From positions 12,658 through 76,657 of the forward strand of contig CAKQKH010000004.1 in assembly GCA_934248075.1 (NCBI GenBank): a stretch of DNA of 64,000 nucleotides, written 5' to 3'. Shown piece by piece: positions 10,148 to 21,336 of this stretch; the first letter of the stretch is position 1; the number at the start of each line of letters is the position of its first letter. The stretch comes from an uncultured Alphaproteobacteria bacterium (GTDB lineage Bacteria > Pseudomonadota > Alphaproteobacteria > RF32 > CAG-239). The notes under the pieces were generated by a model. It was not told the DNA's origin. It was given only the letters and a program-made list of their open reading frames with translations, and did not search any database. Position numbers and translations under genes: made by a program.

Positions 10148-11264
10148 ATGCGTTCGGAAATTTACGAATTGACCCAAAACATTGAGCACTCCCTGCAGTT
10201 GCTGAGGAGGTCTCTTTGACTATGATAATGCTTGCCTGCGGCTGGAAGAGTTGAACGCTCTGACCGCCAACGCTGACTTGTGGAGCGATCCTGCGGCCGC
10301 CCGCCGTCTGATGACTGAAAAAAATAATCTGGAATTTAATCTGACCAATTTTCAGCGGATGGACTCTTCACTGCGAGATTTGATTGAGCTGTCGGAGCTG
10401 GCTGAGGCTGAGGGCGATGAAAATATTATTGCCGATGTGATTGCCCAGCTGACTGAGTTGCAGGCCGAGGTTAAGCATGGCGAGCTTGAGGCTCTGTTGT
10501 CCGGCGAGGTAGATGCCAATGACGCTTATCTGGAGGTTCACTCCGGCAGCGGCGGCACCGAGGCGCAGGATTGGGCCGAGATGCTTTTGCGAATGTACAC
10601 CCGCTGGGCTGAGGCTCATAAATATAAGGTTGAATATATAGAAGAAACCGAGGGCGATGTCGCCGGCATCAAGTCGGTTACTGTCAAAATCAGCGGCCAC
10701 AATGCTTACGGCTGGCTCAAGTCTGAGAGCGGCGTGCATCGATTGGTGCGAATTTCGCCCTTTGACAGCAACGCCCGCCGCCATACCAGTTTTGCCTCTG
10801 TCGGCGTCTATCCGGTGATAGATGATGAAATTGAAATAAATATTAACGAGGCTGACTGTCGGGTTGATACCTATCGATCTTCCGGTGCCGGCGGCCAACA
10901 CATTAATAAGACCGATTCCGCCGTCCGCATAACTCATATTCCCACCGGCATAGTTGTTCAGTGCCAAAACCAGCGTTCACAGTTCCAAAACCGCGATGCC
11001 GCTTGGAAAATGCTCAAAGCCCGATTATATGAATTGGAGCTGAAAAAACGTGAGGACGCGGCCTCCGCTGAACGCGATGCCCTGAGTGATATCGGCTGGG
11101 GGCATCAAATTCGTTCCTATGTTTTGCAGCCATATAAAATGGTCAAAGATTTGCGCACCAATGTTGAGACCTCTGATTGCCGCGCAGTTTTAGATGGTGA
11201 TATTGATATGTTTTTGGCGGCTTCGTTGGCCGATAAAGTGGGAAATCTGGCGCATGATGCTTAA
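10148..11264 (+). CDS. prfB: Peptide chain release factor 2, requires a programmed +1 frameshift (join 10148..10216, 10218..11264)
   Basis: The short frame [23 protein letters not shown] stops at TGA 10217-10219. The +1 frame continues [15 protein letters not shown]... into the 337-aa track ORF, which carries SPF and GGQ motifs. Confidence 0.92.
10205..10220 (+). promoter_or_regulatory. prfB autoregulatory +1 frameshift site (internal SD-like AGGAGG, then CTT TGA C)
   Basis: The sequence is aggagg tct ctt tga c, matching the canonical RF2 recoding cassette. Confidence 0.9.
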
Positions 11265-12099
11265 AAGACTGCTAAAAATCGGATTGTTTTTAACCTTGTT
11301 GGCCTATGTTGGTTTTTGCGCCACGGTTTATTTTTGGCCGCAATTATTTTTTTATGATCCGACTTTGCGCGCCAGCAGTCTTGAAAACGCCCGCGCCAAC
11401 GGCTTTGCCGCCCAACGAGTGGAATATCGGGCGGCTGACGGCACTGAGCTGTATGGCTGGTATATATCGCCCAAGCCGCAACGCCCGCTGATTGTTTTTT
11501 TGCATGGCAATTCTTATAATATTGAAAAGTTTTATCACAAACTGCAGCCTTTTGTCGCCGCCGGTTATGGCATTTTACTGCCCGAGTATCGAGGCTTTGG
11601 CGATGTCAAAGGCACTATCACTCAGGCCGGACTGGAGCAAGATGCTTTGGCGGCTCTGGATTGGCTGCGCCGTCAGGGCTACGCCAATCGGGATATTTAT
11701 ATATACGGAATGTCTTTGGGGTCGTACACCGCCACGTACAGCGCCCATACCTTGGGTCGGGCCGATCCGTTTGCCGGAGTGATTCTTGAGGTTCCGTTTG
11801 ACAGCATGTATTCCGATGTCAAAGATTTGGTGTGGTTTCCGCTGCCGCTTAAGTTGATTATGCGTGACAAATACAACAATATGGACAAGATTGCCCAAAT
11901 TCGCTCGCCGTTGCTGATAATGGGCGGCGGTCAGGATACTTTGGTGCCGGTCAATCACGCTGAGGCGTTGTTTGCCGCCGCCAACGAACCCAAAAAAATG
12001 ATTGTTTATCCCAAAGCCAAACATGACAATTTGTATGATTTCGCCAACTACCGCGATATTTTAAACTGGTTGCAAGAGCATGAAAAAAATCGATCCTAA
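11254..12099 (+). CDS. Alpha/beta hydrolase (serine aminopeptidase S33-like), membrane anchored
   Basis: N-terminal TM helix, HGN motif and nucleophile elbow GMSLGS. The start is moved to ATG 11254, which overlaps the prfB stop. Confidence 0.75.
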   Translation: MMLKRLLKIGLFLTLLAYVGFCATVYFWPQLFFYDPTLRASSLENARANGFAAQRVEYRAADGTELYGWYISPKPQRPLIVFLHGNSYNIEKFYHKLQPFVAAGYGILLPEYRGFGDVKGTITQAGLEQDALAALDWLRRQGYANRDIYIYGMSLGSYTATYSAHTLGRADPFAGVILEVPFDSMYSDVKDLVWFPLPLKLIMRDKYNNMDKIAQIRSPLLIMGGGQDTLVPVNHAEALFAAANEPKKMIVYPKAKHDNLYDFANYRDILNWLQEHEKNRS

Positions 12100-15000
12100 A
12101 ATATATCGACTGCGCAAGCTGGTTGATTATTTCGGCGTGGTTCTGCTGGTCATGCTGCTTATTTTCATATGGCAGCTGTATCGCGGCTCGGTAGCGGTTC
12201 CGTTTCTCAAGCCATACATCATCAAGGCGCTCAATCACGATGACTCCGAATATCAAGTGTCGCTGGATTCCGTAAATTTGGAGCTGGTGCGTTCTATCAA
12301 ACCGTTGCGCATTATCGCCAACAATGTCAACTACCGCAAGTCTGACGGCTCCATATCCATCAACGCGCCCAAAACTTCGGTATCTTTCAGCATCAAGGCG
12401 CTGTTGCACGGCATTGTTGCTCCCAGTTCCATAGATGTTTTTGACCCTCGGGTTTATATTTTTACCACCTATGGCATAGACAAGGAAAAGAAAGAGGATA
12501 TCAACCAGAAAAAACTGGAATATTATTTTGACAGTTTTGAGGAGTTTTTGGAGCGATTTAACTCTGATGACCAGAGCTATCCGGAGAGCTATATTAATGA
12601 TATAAACATCACTGGCGCCGAGGTTGAGTTTCACGAGGTTGATCTCGGCAAAAAGTGGGTTTTGTCTGATGTAAATTATCGCTTTGATCGCGGTTTCAGC
12701 AAACTGGAAACCGAGGTTAACGCCCAGCTTAAGTTTAATGACACTCCGTCGTCTTTGGGACTGGAGGCGGTTTATCGCCCTCTTGCCAACAAATTGGCGC
12801 TGCAGTTTTATTTTGCCGACTTGGTTCCGGCAGATCTCTTGGAATTATTAACCTCGCAACCAAACGCCATGCCATATCAGATTGATGTTCCGGCCGGCGG
12901 CAGGGTGGAGGCGCTGATTAATATTTCCGAGATTGTCAAACATCGTGATAATCTTGTCGGCAGTTTAGACACCGCGGTTGAAAAAATCACTTTCGCCATA
13001 GAGGGCGGACAAGGGCATATTGCGTTTTCCGATCAGGCTGAGGAAAATTACAATATCGGCGCTCTTACTTTTAATGGTGAAATCGCCGGCGGTCTAAACC
13101 AATTAAGTATCAAAGACGCCGAATTTGAGCTTGACGGACAGCAAGCGGTGTTGGGGCTGAAGGCCACCGGTCTCAAAAATTATCTGTTGCAATCCTCGCT
13201 CAAAGATTTGGAGCTGACCATTTCTGCCGGCATCAAAAAACTTCCCACCAATGATTTGTTTCGCTATTGGCCGCAACATATTGCTCCTCAGGCATGGAGT
13301 TGGTGTAAAGACAGCTTGTCAGAGGGAGCGATAGAAAACGCCGCGTTCAAATTCCATTTCGGTTATGATTCCAAAACCAAGCGATTTGCGTTTCAGAAAC
13401 TGGAGGGCAGCGCCGAAACCTCCGGAGTGTCATTAGACTATCTGAGCGGTATGCCCAAGGTTACCGATGTCTATGGCAAGGTCGATTTTTACAATGACAA
13501 GCTGAAAATGTATTTTGACAAAGGCGTGTCCGATGACGTTATCCTCAATCAGGGCTATATTGAGCTATATGATCTGAACAAAGAAGATAATTATGCCAAA
13601 ATCGATTTGACCGGCGTCGGTTCGATTACGGATATTTTGCGTCTGATAGACAATCCGCCGCTGCGTTATACCACCGAGATGGGGATCAATCCGCAAAATA
13701 TCAAGGGCAGCGCCGAAACCAACCTCAAATTGCAGTTTGAGCTAAAAGAAGACCTTTCTCCCGATGAGGTTGGCGTCGATATCAGCGCCACTTTGCAAGA
13801 CGTGGTTTTGACCGATATCATCAAAGACAAAACCATTGAGGCCAAACAGTTGGATCTCAAGGTTGACAATAGCGGTTTGGAGCTTGGCGGAGTTGCCAAT
13901 TTTGACGGTATTCCCATAACTCTCAAATGGAATGAGAATTTTAATCATAAAGACTATCGCAGCCGCTATCGGTTGAGCTTTAATTTTGACAACAATTTCA
14001 AACAGAAGATGGGGCTGAATATTTCCGCCCTCAATGATCCCTATGTTCAAGGCTCAATTCCGGCGCAGGCGATTGTCACGGTATATGATGATCAAAAAGC
14101 GGTGGTTGATTTTAACGGTGATTTGCAAAATGCCAATATCGATTATGCCTTTTTGGGGTTCAAGAAAAAAGTCGGCACCGAGGGCGTAATCAGCGCCAGA
14201 TTAAATTTGCTCAAGAATCAGGTTGTTGATATCCCGATGTTTGCTTTGTCCAAGCCCAATTTTAATCTCAAAGGCAAAATTGCGCTGGACAAACAAGGCA
14301 AGCTCAAAACCATAGACATCACCGATATCAAAGGCGACAAAACCTCTGCCCGCGCTAAGATAGATATGGCTTATGCTCCTCAAGAAAAAATCAAAATCAA
14401 TGTTTCGGGCAGCAGTTATAATCTGTCGGAGTTTTTTGCCAAAGACGAAGAAGATATCAAAGCCGCCAAAGAGCGTCGCAAACAACAAAAATTGGCTGAC
14501 GCCGCCGCTCCAGACGCCGTTGAGGCCGATGAGCTTGCCGCCGCTCCCAATACAGAGATAAACATTGCGGTTAACAGTCTTTGGACCAACCAAAACGTGG
14601 CTTTGCGCAATTTTGCCGGCTCCGCCAAAATTGTTCACGGCACCGGTTTGCAAGAGATGCACCTTATCGGCAATTTTGCCTCCAGTCGCAAAAACGGCAA
14701 GATCACCAATCTCAAGCTTGACTATGTTCCGCGTCCGCACAATGAATATTTGCTAACCATTGAGAGTGATGACGCCGGTTCCACCTTTAAATTTTTGCGT
14801 TTATATGATTATATGCGCGGTGGCAGTCTGAGCATCAACGCCAAACGAGATTCCGCCAAGAATTTTGTCGGTCATGCCAAGATTCGCAATTTTAATATAT
14901 ACAACACTCCGATATTTGCCAAATTGCTGACTGTGGCCTCGTTTACCGGCATGGTGGATTTGCTGACCGGCGAGGGGATTGCCTTCTCGCATTTTGACGC

Positions 15001-15340
15001 GCCGTTTGAGTACAAAAAATCCACGCTTAAGGTCAATGATGCCAAAGCCTTTGGCAATGTTGTCGGCATCACTGGCAACGGCACTTATTCAATGCGCTAT
15101 CAGGAGTTTGACCTCAAAGGTCTTATTGCTCCGGCCTATGGACTGAATACTTTTATCGGCAGCATTCCGCTGGTTGGCACTTTGCTCAGCGGCAAAGACG
15201 GCACGGTTTTCGCCGCCAATTACACTATCACCGGCGATATTGACGACGCCAACGTCAGCATAAACCCGCTTTCGGCTCTTAGTCCCAATTCGCTCAAAGA
15301 GCTGATGTCCTCAATATTTGGCGGCAACAATGACAAATAA
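12080..15340 (+). CDS. Large AsmA/YhdP-family envelope protein (DUF3971-like)
   Basis: 1086 aa with a single N-terminal TM helix and a long beta-rich body. The C-terminus ...GSIPLVGTLLSGKDGTVFAANYTITGDIDDANVSINPLSALSPNSLKEL is typical of the YhdP/AsmA2 C-terminal region. Confidence 0.7.
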   Translation: MKKIDPKIYRLRKLVDYFGVVLLVMLLIFIWQLYRGSVAVPFLKPYIIKALNHDDSEYQVSLDSVNLELVRSIKPLRIIANNVNYRKSDGSISINAPKTSVSFSIKALLHGIVAPSSIDVFDPRVYIFTTYGIDKEKKEDINQKKLEYYFDSFEEFLERFNSDDQSYPESYINDINITGAEVEFHEVDLGKKWVLSDVNYRFDRGFSKLETEVNAQLKFNDTPSSLGLEAVYRPLANKLALQFYFADLVPADLLELLTSQPNAMPYQIDVPAGGRVEALINISEIVKHRDNLVGSLDTAVEKITFAIEGGQGHIAFSDQAEENYNIGALTFNGEIAGGLNQLSIKDAEFELDGQQAVLGLKATGLKNYLLQSSLKDLELTISAGIKKLPTNDLFRYWPQHIAPQAWSWCKDSLSEGAIENAAFKFHFGYDSKTKRFAFQKLEGSAETSGVSLDYLSGMPKVTDVYGKVDFYNDKLKMYFDKGVSDDVILNQGYIELYDLNKEDNYAKIDLTGVGSITDILRLIDNPPLRYTTEMGINPQNIKGSAETNLKLQFELKEDLSPDEVGVDISATLQDVVLTDIIKDKTIEAKQLDLKVDNSGLELGGVANFDGIPITLKWNENFNHKDYRSRYRLSFNFDNNFKQKMGLNISALNDPYVQGSIPAQAIVTVYDDQKAVVDFNGDLQNANIDYAFLGFKKKVGTEGVISARLNLLKNQVVDIPMFALSKPNFNLKGKIALDKQGKLKTIDITDIKGDKTSARAKIDMAYAPQEKIKINVSGSSYNLSEFFAKDEEDIKAAKERRKQQKLADAAAPDAVEADELAAAPNTEINIAVNSLWTNQNVALRNFAGSAKIVHGTGLQEMHLIGNFASSRKNGKITNLKLDYVPRPHNEYLLTIESDDAGSTFKFLRLYDYMRGGSLSINAKRDSAKNFVGHAKIRNFNIYNTPIFAKLLTVASFTGMVDLLTGEGIAFSHFDAPFEYKKSTLKVNDAKAFGNVVGITGNGTYSMRYQEFDLKGLIAPAYGLNTFIGSIPLVGTLLSGKDGTVFAANYTITGDIDDANVSINPLSALSPNSLKELMSSIFGGNNDK

Positions 15341-15800
15341 GTTAAAAATCGGTTTGGACTATCATGGCGTCATCACGCGCCGTCCCGAATATTTTGCGGC
15401 CTTTGCTCAAGCGGCCGTGCGGTATGGTTGCGAGATTCACATCATTACCGGCGGTCCCGAGTTGGCAGTATCAGAGGCGCTGGCCAAAATTCAATTACCT
15501 TATACTCGAATTTTTGCCATTTTAGATTATTATGAGGCCAGAGGTCTGGTTGAACATCTGACAGACGGCGGTTTTCACATTCCCGATGAGTTATGGGACA
15601 GCGCCAAAGCCGATTATTGCCGCCGCGCCGCCATAAATGTGCATATTGATGACAGCGAACACTATGTCAAATGGTTTACCACCCCTTATTGCCGTTATCT
15701 TCACCATGCCGATATTTGCCAAACCGCAGACGGCCGCGCAGTCGATTTTGCTCAGCCGCCAGCTCTGGCGCTGGAACGGCTTATCCGCATTATTGATTAG
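15330..15800 (+). CDS. Hypothetical protein (156 aa)
   Basis: The ORF overlaps the preceding stop and has host-like composition. No motif recognised with confidence. Confidence 0.5.
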   Translation: MTNKLKIGLDYHGVITRRPEYFAAFAQAAVRYGCEIHIITGGPELAVSEALAKIQLPYTRIFAILDYYEARGLVEHLTDGGFHIPDELWDSAKADYCRRAAINVHIDDSEHYVKWFTTPYCRYLHHADICQTADGRAVDFAQPPALALERLIRIID

Positions 15801-15872
15801 AGCAATTTGATTTTACGATTTATTTATACATTTGCGTTAATAATCTGATACCAACAATCCTAAGGTGCAGTT

Positions 15873-16562
15873 ATGATTCGTGAAGAAATCGTCCATATTA
15901 ACGGAATTCCCAAAAAGTTGGTGGTGTTTTTGCATGGCTATCTTGACAGCGCCGACCACGCAGACTCTCAAATTGCCGTTTTGTCAGATATGTTGCCGGA
16001 CATCGCTTTGCACATTCCGCAATCTCCCATTGCTTGCGAGGTTGGACACAATATGCGCCAATGGTACTCGGTTTATCGGTTTGATCCTCGCTACGAGCGC
16101 AAAAACGCTTCGTCCATGCCGGAATTTCTTGCTTATTATAATCATATGGTTCCCGCTCTTAACGAGGCCAGCGGTTTGTTGCGGCCATATTTGGAGCAAA
16201 CCTTGCTTGAGTATGGTATGGATTATCAAGATTTGTTTTTGTGCGGTTTTTCTCAGGGAGCAATGTTGGCAATACACACAGGTCTGATGTTGCCGGAATC
16301 GCCGGCCGGAATAATAAGTTTTTCCGGCTTGGTCGCGGGCGGCGATTTTTTGCAAAAGCACGCGTGCGCTTATCCTGATGTTTTGCTGATTCACGGCACC
16401 AATGACCAGTGTCTGCGTTATCCATTGCTGGATTTTTCCGCGCGCAAACTAGCTCAAATCGGTTGTTGTACCGAGAGCCGCACCATTGTCGGCGGCGAGC
16501 ATAAAATCACTCCCGAGGCGGTGGCAATGGCGGCCGAGTTTATTCGTCGGCGCCTCAAATAA
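15873..16562 (+). CDS. Phospholipase/carboxylesterase-family alpha/beta hydrolase
   Basis: VVFLHGY, GFSQGAM nucleophile elbow and IHGTNDQ. Confidence 0.8.
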   Translation: MIREEIVHINGIPKKLVVFLHGYLDSADHADSQIAVLSDMLPDIALHIPQSPIACEVGHNMRQWYSVYRFDPRYERKNASSMPEFLAYYNHMVPALNEASGLLRPYLEQTLLEYGMDYQDLFLCGFSQGAMLAIHTGLMLPESPAGIISFSGLVAGGDFLQKHACAYPDVLLIHGTNDQCLRYPLLDFSARKLAQIGCCTESRTIVGGEHKITPEAVAMAAEFIRRRLK

Positions 16563-17586
16563 ACGGCTGAACGCTGACAAGTCCTCCTTGCTCTATCAGC
16601 TTGTTTTTATCGCGCTCAATTTGCAACGGTGAATCCTGCCCCAAATTGCGTTCTAACATTTCGCCGAAGTTACCGCGCGCTTTAATGGCGGCACTAACCC
16701 AATTTGGTTGAATCCCTAAGCTGTTCCACAATCCGTTGCCACCCAGCAGATTCTGCAAAGACACGTCTCTCACCCCGATAAAAGTGTCAATGTTTTTAGA
16801 GCTTAGGCCGTGTTCTTCCGCCAGTTTTGGGGCGTTGATAATCCATTTCGCGGCAATTCTCAAGGCGGGATTATCTTTGCGGCTATACGCATATACCGGA
16901 CGATAGGCTATGTTTTCAGGCAACACATTAATCGTGCCGGTTTTAGTAATCAGATTTTGGCTCAGACCTTTCAGATAGATTTCGCTTCCGCTGATAAGCT
17001 CGCAGCGATTAAGCAAAAAAGCCTGTTTAGCCGCGTTCATGTCGGCAAACGGCAAAATCTTAAACTCCAATGCAAATTTATAATTATATTCGATGATTTT
17101 GGCCATTTCCGCCGATTTATCAACCACGCACACCTTTTGTCCTCTAAATTCCTCCATGGAAGAGGCGTTAACTTTTTCTCTGGTGGCAAAAACCTGTCGG
17201 TCGAAATACAACAAATCAATGGCCATGGCCGGAGACGTCATTTCTTGTCTGGCCGAGAGGGCTGAGTTTCCGAGCATAATATCAATTTGGTTGCCGGCAA
17301 AAGCTTTGCCCGCCCGCTCGGGGCTGACGTCAACCAGTCTGAATGCCTCGTCATTTCCCAACAGCGCCGCGGCAAAGTTGCGGCAAATATCAGCGTCAAT
17401 ACCTTGCCAAAAGCCCTCGCTGTCTTTATAGGCCAATACTTTTGAGCCAAGATCGGTTCCGCAAGAGATGTATCCGCGGTTAATAATCGCCTCAACACTG
17501 TTGTTTTCCGCGGCAATGAGCGGATTAACACTCCACACGGCCAGGGCGGCCAAAAATAATGTTTTAAGTTTCATTTTATTAACCAA
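16555..17586 (-). CDS. Amino-acid ABC transporter periplasmic substrate-binding protein (AapJ-like)
   Basis: Signal peptide and a type-II periplasmic binding fold pattern (GTDLGSKVLAY..., GNQIDIMLGN). Confidence 0.75.
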   Translation of the reverse strand: MVNKMKLKTLFLAALAVWSVNPLIAAENNSVEAIINRGYISCGTDLGSKVLAYKDSEGFWQGIDADICRNFAAALLGNDEAFRLVDVSPERAGKAFAGNQIDIMLGNSALSARQEMTSPAMAIDLLYFDRQVFATREKVNASSMEEFRGQKVCVVDKSAEMAKIIEYNYKFALEFKILPFADMNAAKQAFLLNRCELISGSEIYLKGLSQNLITKTGTINVLPENIAYRPVYAYSRKDNPALRIAAKWIINAPKLAEEHGLSSKNIDTFIGVRDVSLQNLLGGNGLWNSLGIQPNWVSAAIKARGNFGEMLERNLGQDSPLQIERDKNKLIEQGGLVSVQPFI

Positions 17587-17631
17587 TTTATGTTAAAATC
17601 CTTATAGTTGGCAATTATAAGGCAAAATTTT

Positions 17632-18279
17632 ATGAAAAGTAATCTTTTTTTGCGAGTTATCAGCGTATTGCTGGCAGTTTTATTTTTCAGCTCGTCCGCC
17701 GGCGCCAGAGTCAGTCCTCCGGTTGCCGGACAATGGGCCGAACAAAACGGCAAATTGTTGTTAGATGCTTTTCAGGAGCCGGATATTGCCAAGCGTTATC
17801 AGGTTTTGGACAAGTTATTGTTGCAATATGTGGATTTGCCTTATATCGGCAAATTTCTCATGGGCAAATATTGGCGTACGATGACCACCGCTCAGCAAAC
17901 TGAGTATCAAGAGCTGTTTCGGCGCTATGCTTTGGCCTTATACAAGACCTTTCCGCTGGATTTTGCCAATCAGCTAAGCTACGATTTCGGTCAGGCGTAC
18001 GAGGACGGCTCTTTCACCATTGTTCCCGCCGCGATTCACCTCAATTTGGGCGACAAACCGCAAGATCTTCTGATGCAGTTTCGCCTGCATGGCACTGACA
18101 CGGACATAAAGTTGGTGGATATTAAATTGGCCGAAAGCAGTTTGATATTGTCTTATCGCAGTCGTTTTTATCAAATGATTGCCGACAACGATGGCGAAAT
18201 TGAATGGTTTTTGGAAAATTTGCAGTCTTTGGCCGATTCTATGGAGCAGTTAAATTCCGACGCCGCATCTTCTTTGTAA
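17632..18279 (+). CDS. mlaC: MlaC/Ttg2D-family phospholipid-binding periplasmic protein
   Basis: Signal peptide and ...YVDLPYIGKFLMGKYWRTMTTAQQTEYQELFRRYALALY, typical of MlaC. ATG 17632 is preferred over TTG 17608. Confidence 0.8.
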   Translation: MKSNLFLRVISVLLAVLFFSSSAGARVSPPVAGQWAEQNGKLLLDAFQEPDIAKRYQVLDKLLLQYVDLPYIGKFLMGKYWRTMTTAQQTEYQELFRRYALALYKTFPLDFANQLSYDFGQAYEDGSFTIVPAAIHLNLGDKPQDLLMQFRLHGTDTDIKLVDIKLAESSLILSYRSRFYQMIADNDGEIEWFLENLQSLADSMEQLNSDAASSL

Positions 18280-18354
18280 AAAGTCCTTGAAATTATGGCG
18301 CAATGACTATAATATCTCTGCTTAGTTTTCTTAATTTAATACAGGTCAAAATTT

Positions 18355-19677
18355 ATGAATAATATCAAAGTCCGATTTGCGCCAAGTCCCACCGGATATA
18401 TGCATATCGGCAATACCCGCACCGCGGTTTTCAACTGGCTGCTGGCTCGCAAGTTGGGCGGCAGATTTATGCTCCGTATTGATGATACTGATGTTTTGCG
18501 CTCCAAAAAAGAATATGAGGATTCGCTGCGAGATGTTTTGCAATGGCTGGGGCTGAACTGGAGCGAGGAGGCTCGCCAGTCTGCCCGCATGGATCGTTAC
18601 AATGAAATTGTCGCCAAACTCAAGTCCGAGGGCAGGGTATATGCTTGCTATGAGACCGCCGAGGAGCTGGAAATCATGCGCAAACGCCTTATGGCCAAAG
18701 GCCTGCCGCCGATTTATGACCGCGGCGCGCTCAATCTGACTGCCGAGCAGATTGCCGCTTACGAGGCGGAAGGGCGCCGTCCGCACTATCGCTTTAAGTT
18801 GGAGCCGGGGATTATCGAGTGGACCGACATGGTGCGCGGTCATTGCCGTTATGACGCCGCCAATTTGGCGGATCCGGTCATCATTCGTGAAGACGGTTCT
18901 TATTTGTATCATCTGCCTTCGGTTATTGATGATTCGGATTTTGGCATTACCCACATTATCCGCGGTGAGGACCATGTTACCAACACCGCTTTGCAGATTC
19001 AGATGTTTGAGGTGTTGGGCGCGCCGGTGCCGCAGTTTGCTCATCTGCCGTTGCTAACCGGCACCGAGGGCAAGTTATCCAAACGCTTGGGTTCTTTAGG
19101 CGTGCGCGAATTGCGAGAGCAAGGGGTTGAGGCTTTGGCGATTTGCTCATTTTTGGCCAAACTCGGCACTTCTGAAGCGATTGAGCCATATTATGACTTA
19201 GATTCTTTGGCTGAGAGTTTGGATCTGAGCAAGCTTGGCCGTTCGCAGCCAAAATTTGATGTTGAAGAGCTGCTGCATTTTAATACTCATTATGTCCGCT
19301 CGCTGCCTTATGCCAAAGTCGCCGACCGCGTCAATGTCTCCAAAGTATTTTGGAACACCGTCCGCGGTAATCTGAATTTGGTTCAAGATGTTGAGCTTTG
19401 GCATCAAATTTGTTGTCAAAAACTTAAGCCGATAATTGAAGACGCGGAGCTAACCAAAGCTGCGGCGGAGATTTTGCCGCCCGAGCCATGGAATGCCGAT
19501 ACTTTCTCGTCGTGGGTTGCCGAGCTCAAACAAAAGACCGGCAAAAGCGGCAAAAATCTGTTTCATCCGCTGCGGCTGGCTCTGACCGCCGCGGCCGAAG
19601 GGCCCGAACTTAAAGCTTTGCTGCCTCTGATTGGCAGAGAGCGCGCCTATAATCGTTTATTGGGAATAGAAGCATGA
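18355..19677 (+). CDS. gltX: Glutamate--tRNA ligase
   Basis: RFAPSPTGYMHIGNTRTA (HIGH motif) and KLSKR (KMSKS motif). It overlaps cysS by 4 nt (ATGA). Confidence 0.92.
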   Translation: MNNIKVRFAPSPTGYMHIGNTRTAVFNWLLARKLGGRFMLRIDDTDVLRSKKEYEDSLRDVLQWLGLNWSEEARQSARMDRYNEIVAKLKSEGRVYACYETAEELEIMRKRLMAKGLPPIYDRGALNLTAEQIAAYEAEGRRPHYRFKLEPGIIEWTDMVRGHCRYDAANLADPVIIREDGSYLYHLPSVIDDSDFGITHIIRGEDHVTNTALQIQMFEVLGAPVPQFAHLPLLTGTEGKLSKRLGSLGVRELREQGVEALAICSFLAKLGTSEAIEPYYDLDSLAESLDLSKLGRSQPKFDVEELLHFNTHYVRSLPYAKVADRVNVSKVFWNTVRGNLNLVQDVELWHQICCQKLKPIIEDAELTKAAAEILPPEPWNADTFSSWVAELKQKTGKSGKNLFHPLRLALTAAAEGPELKALLPLIGRERAYNRLLGIEA

Positions 19678-21053
19678 CCAAAATTTCGCTGTACAATACC
19701 TTACACCGTCGCAAAGAAGAATTTAAACCCATAGACGCCGCCAATGTGCGCATGTATGTTTGCGGCCCCACGGTTTATGACCGCGCTCATTTGGGCAACG
19801 CCAAAACTCCGGTGGTGTTTGATGTTTTGTATCGCTTGCTGTGCCATGTCTATGGGGCGGATCATGTCAACTATGTTTCCAATATTACCGATGTTGATGA
19901 CAAGATTTTGAAGAAACATCAGGAAACCGGCAAATCTATCCGTGAGATTACCGAGCAAACCTATCAGTGGTATATTGATGATATGGCTAAATTAAATGTT
20001 TTGCCGCCCAATCATCGCCCGCGGGCAACCGAATATATCGCCGAAATGATCGAGCTGGTTAAGCTTTTGTTGCAAAACGGCCACGCCTATGAGGCGGCTG
20101 GCCATGTTTTGTTTGATGTTGATTCCATGCCCGGTTACGGTTTTTTGTCCGGCCGCTCCATGAAAGAGATGCTGGCCGGCGCTCGTATTGAGGTTGCCGA
20201 TTACAAGAAAAATCCGGCTGACTTTGTGCTGTGGAAACCATCTGAGGCCGACCAGCCCGGTTGGGACAGCCCGTGGGGATATGGCCGCCCCGGTTGGCAC
20301 TTGGAGTGTTCGGCCATGAGTTCCAAACTGTTGGGTGACAATTTTGATATTCACGGCGGCGGTTCGGATTTAATCTTTCCTCACCATGAGAACGAGTGCG
20401 CTCAGTCCTTGTGCGCTCACCCTGGCTCCGAGTTCGCCCGCTATTGGGTGCATGGCGGTATGTTGATGGTTGACGGCGTAAAGATGAGCAAATCTTTGGG
20501 CAATTTTTATACCATTGATCAGGTGCTGGAAAAAGCTCCGGCCGAGGCCTTGCGTTTGTTGTTTTTAACCACGCATTATCACCAACCGTTTAACTTCACT
20601 TTTGAGGGGTTGGCGCAGGCCAAAACCGCTTTAGATAAGTTTTACAACGCCTTGTTGCGGGTAGTTGATGTGACCGCCTCTGATTGCGCTCCTGATGAGC
20701 GGGTGGTTGACGCTCTGGCCGATGACCTGAACACCCCGCTGGCTTTGTCTTATCTGCATGAAATGACCAATGCTCTTAACAAGGCGGAAACTCCGGCCGA
20801 GCAGGCCGCTGCCAAAGGTAAATTGCTGGCTTCAGCAGGTTTGCTTGGCATTTTGTGGCAGTCGCCGAGCGAATGGTTTAAAGGCGGCGAGAGTGATGAC
20901 GAGGCCGCGGCGATTGAGGCCAAAATCGCCGAACGTGCCGCCGCCAAAAAGAACAAAGATTATGCTCTGGCTGACCAGATTCGCAATCAGCTCAAAGAAC
21001 AAGGCATTATCCTTGAGGATTCTCCCCAAGGCACAACCTGGAAACGGATATAA
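19674..21053 (+). CDS. cysS: Cysteine--tRNA ligase
   Basis: CGPTVYDRAHLGN, PGWHLECS and KMSKSLGN. Confidence 0.92.
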   Translation: MTKISLYNTLHRRKEEFKPIDAANVRMYVCGPTVYDRAHLGNAKTPVVFDVLYRLLCHVYGADHVNYVSNITDVDDKILKKHQETGKSIREITEQTYQWYIDDMAKLNVLPPNHRPRATEYIAEMIELVKLLLQNGHAYEAAGHVLFDVDSMPGYGFLSGRSMKEMLAGARIEVADYKKNPADFVLWKPSEADQPGWDSPWGYGRPGWHLECSAMSSKLLGDNFDIHGGGSDLIFPHHENECAQSLCAHPGSEFARYWVHGGMLMVDGVKMSKSLGNFYTIDQVLEKAPAEALRLLFLTTHYHQPFNFTFEGLAQAKTALDKFYNALLRVVDVTASDCAPDERVVDALADDLNTPLALSYLHEMTNALNKAETPAEQAAAKGKLLASAGLLGILWQSPSEWFKGGESDDEAAAIEAKIAERAAAKKNKDYALADQIRNQLKEQGIILEDSPQGTTWKRI

Positions 21054-21064
21054 ATCTCAAAGGT

Positions 21065-21336
21065 GCACAATCCCGAGCAACGAACAAGGTGAGTTGCGAG
21101 TAACAGCTTAAGAATGCCCGTGCCGGCTCGGCACCGCCGTGCGGGTCATTGCGCGAACGGCGTTTAGCCGTGAGAAGCAATCCATTTTATCAAGAAACAA
21201 GAAGATGGATTGCTTCGGTTCACTAGCGCTCACACTCGCAATGACGGAGCAGGGTGCAAATCTGGCACTATCCCGAGCGCCGAGCCAACGGCGAGTAAGC
21301 GAGCAAATCCTTGCTATGCGCCACCCGCCGCGCGGG
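21065..21336. repeat. Nested short dispersed repeats (MITE-like modules)
   Basis: The modules caatcccgagc...gcgagtaa, cttaagaatgcccgtgccggctcggca, the hairpin gtcattgcg...aagcaatccat/atggattgctt...cgcaatgac (21145-21245) and gcaaatccttgctatgcgccacccgcc recur at 37.15, 38.03, 55.5-55.86 and 62.42-62.95 kb. Confidence 0.85.
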
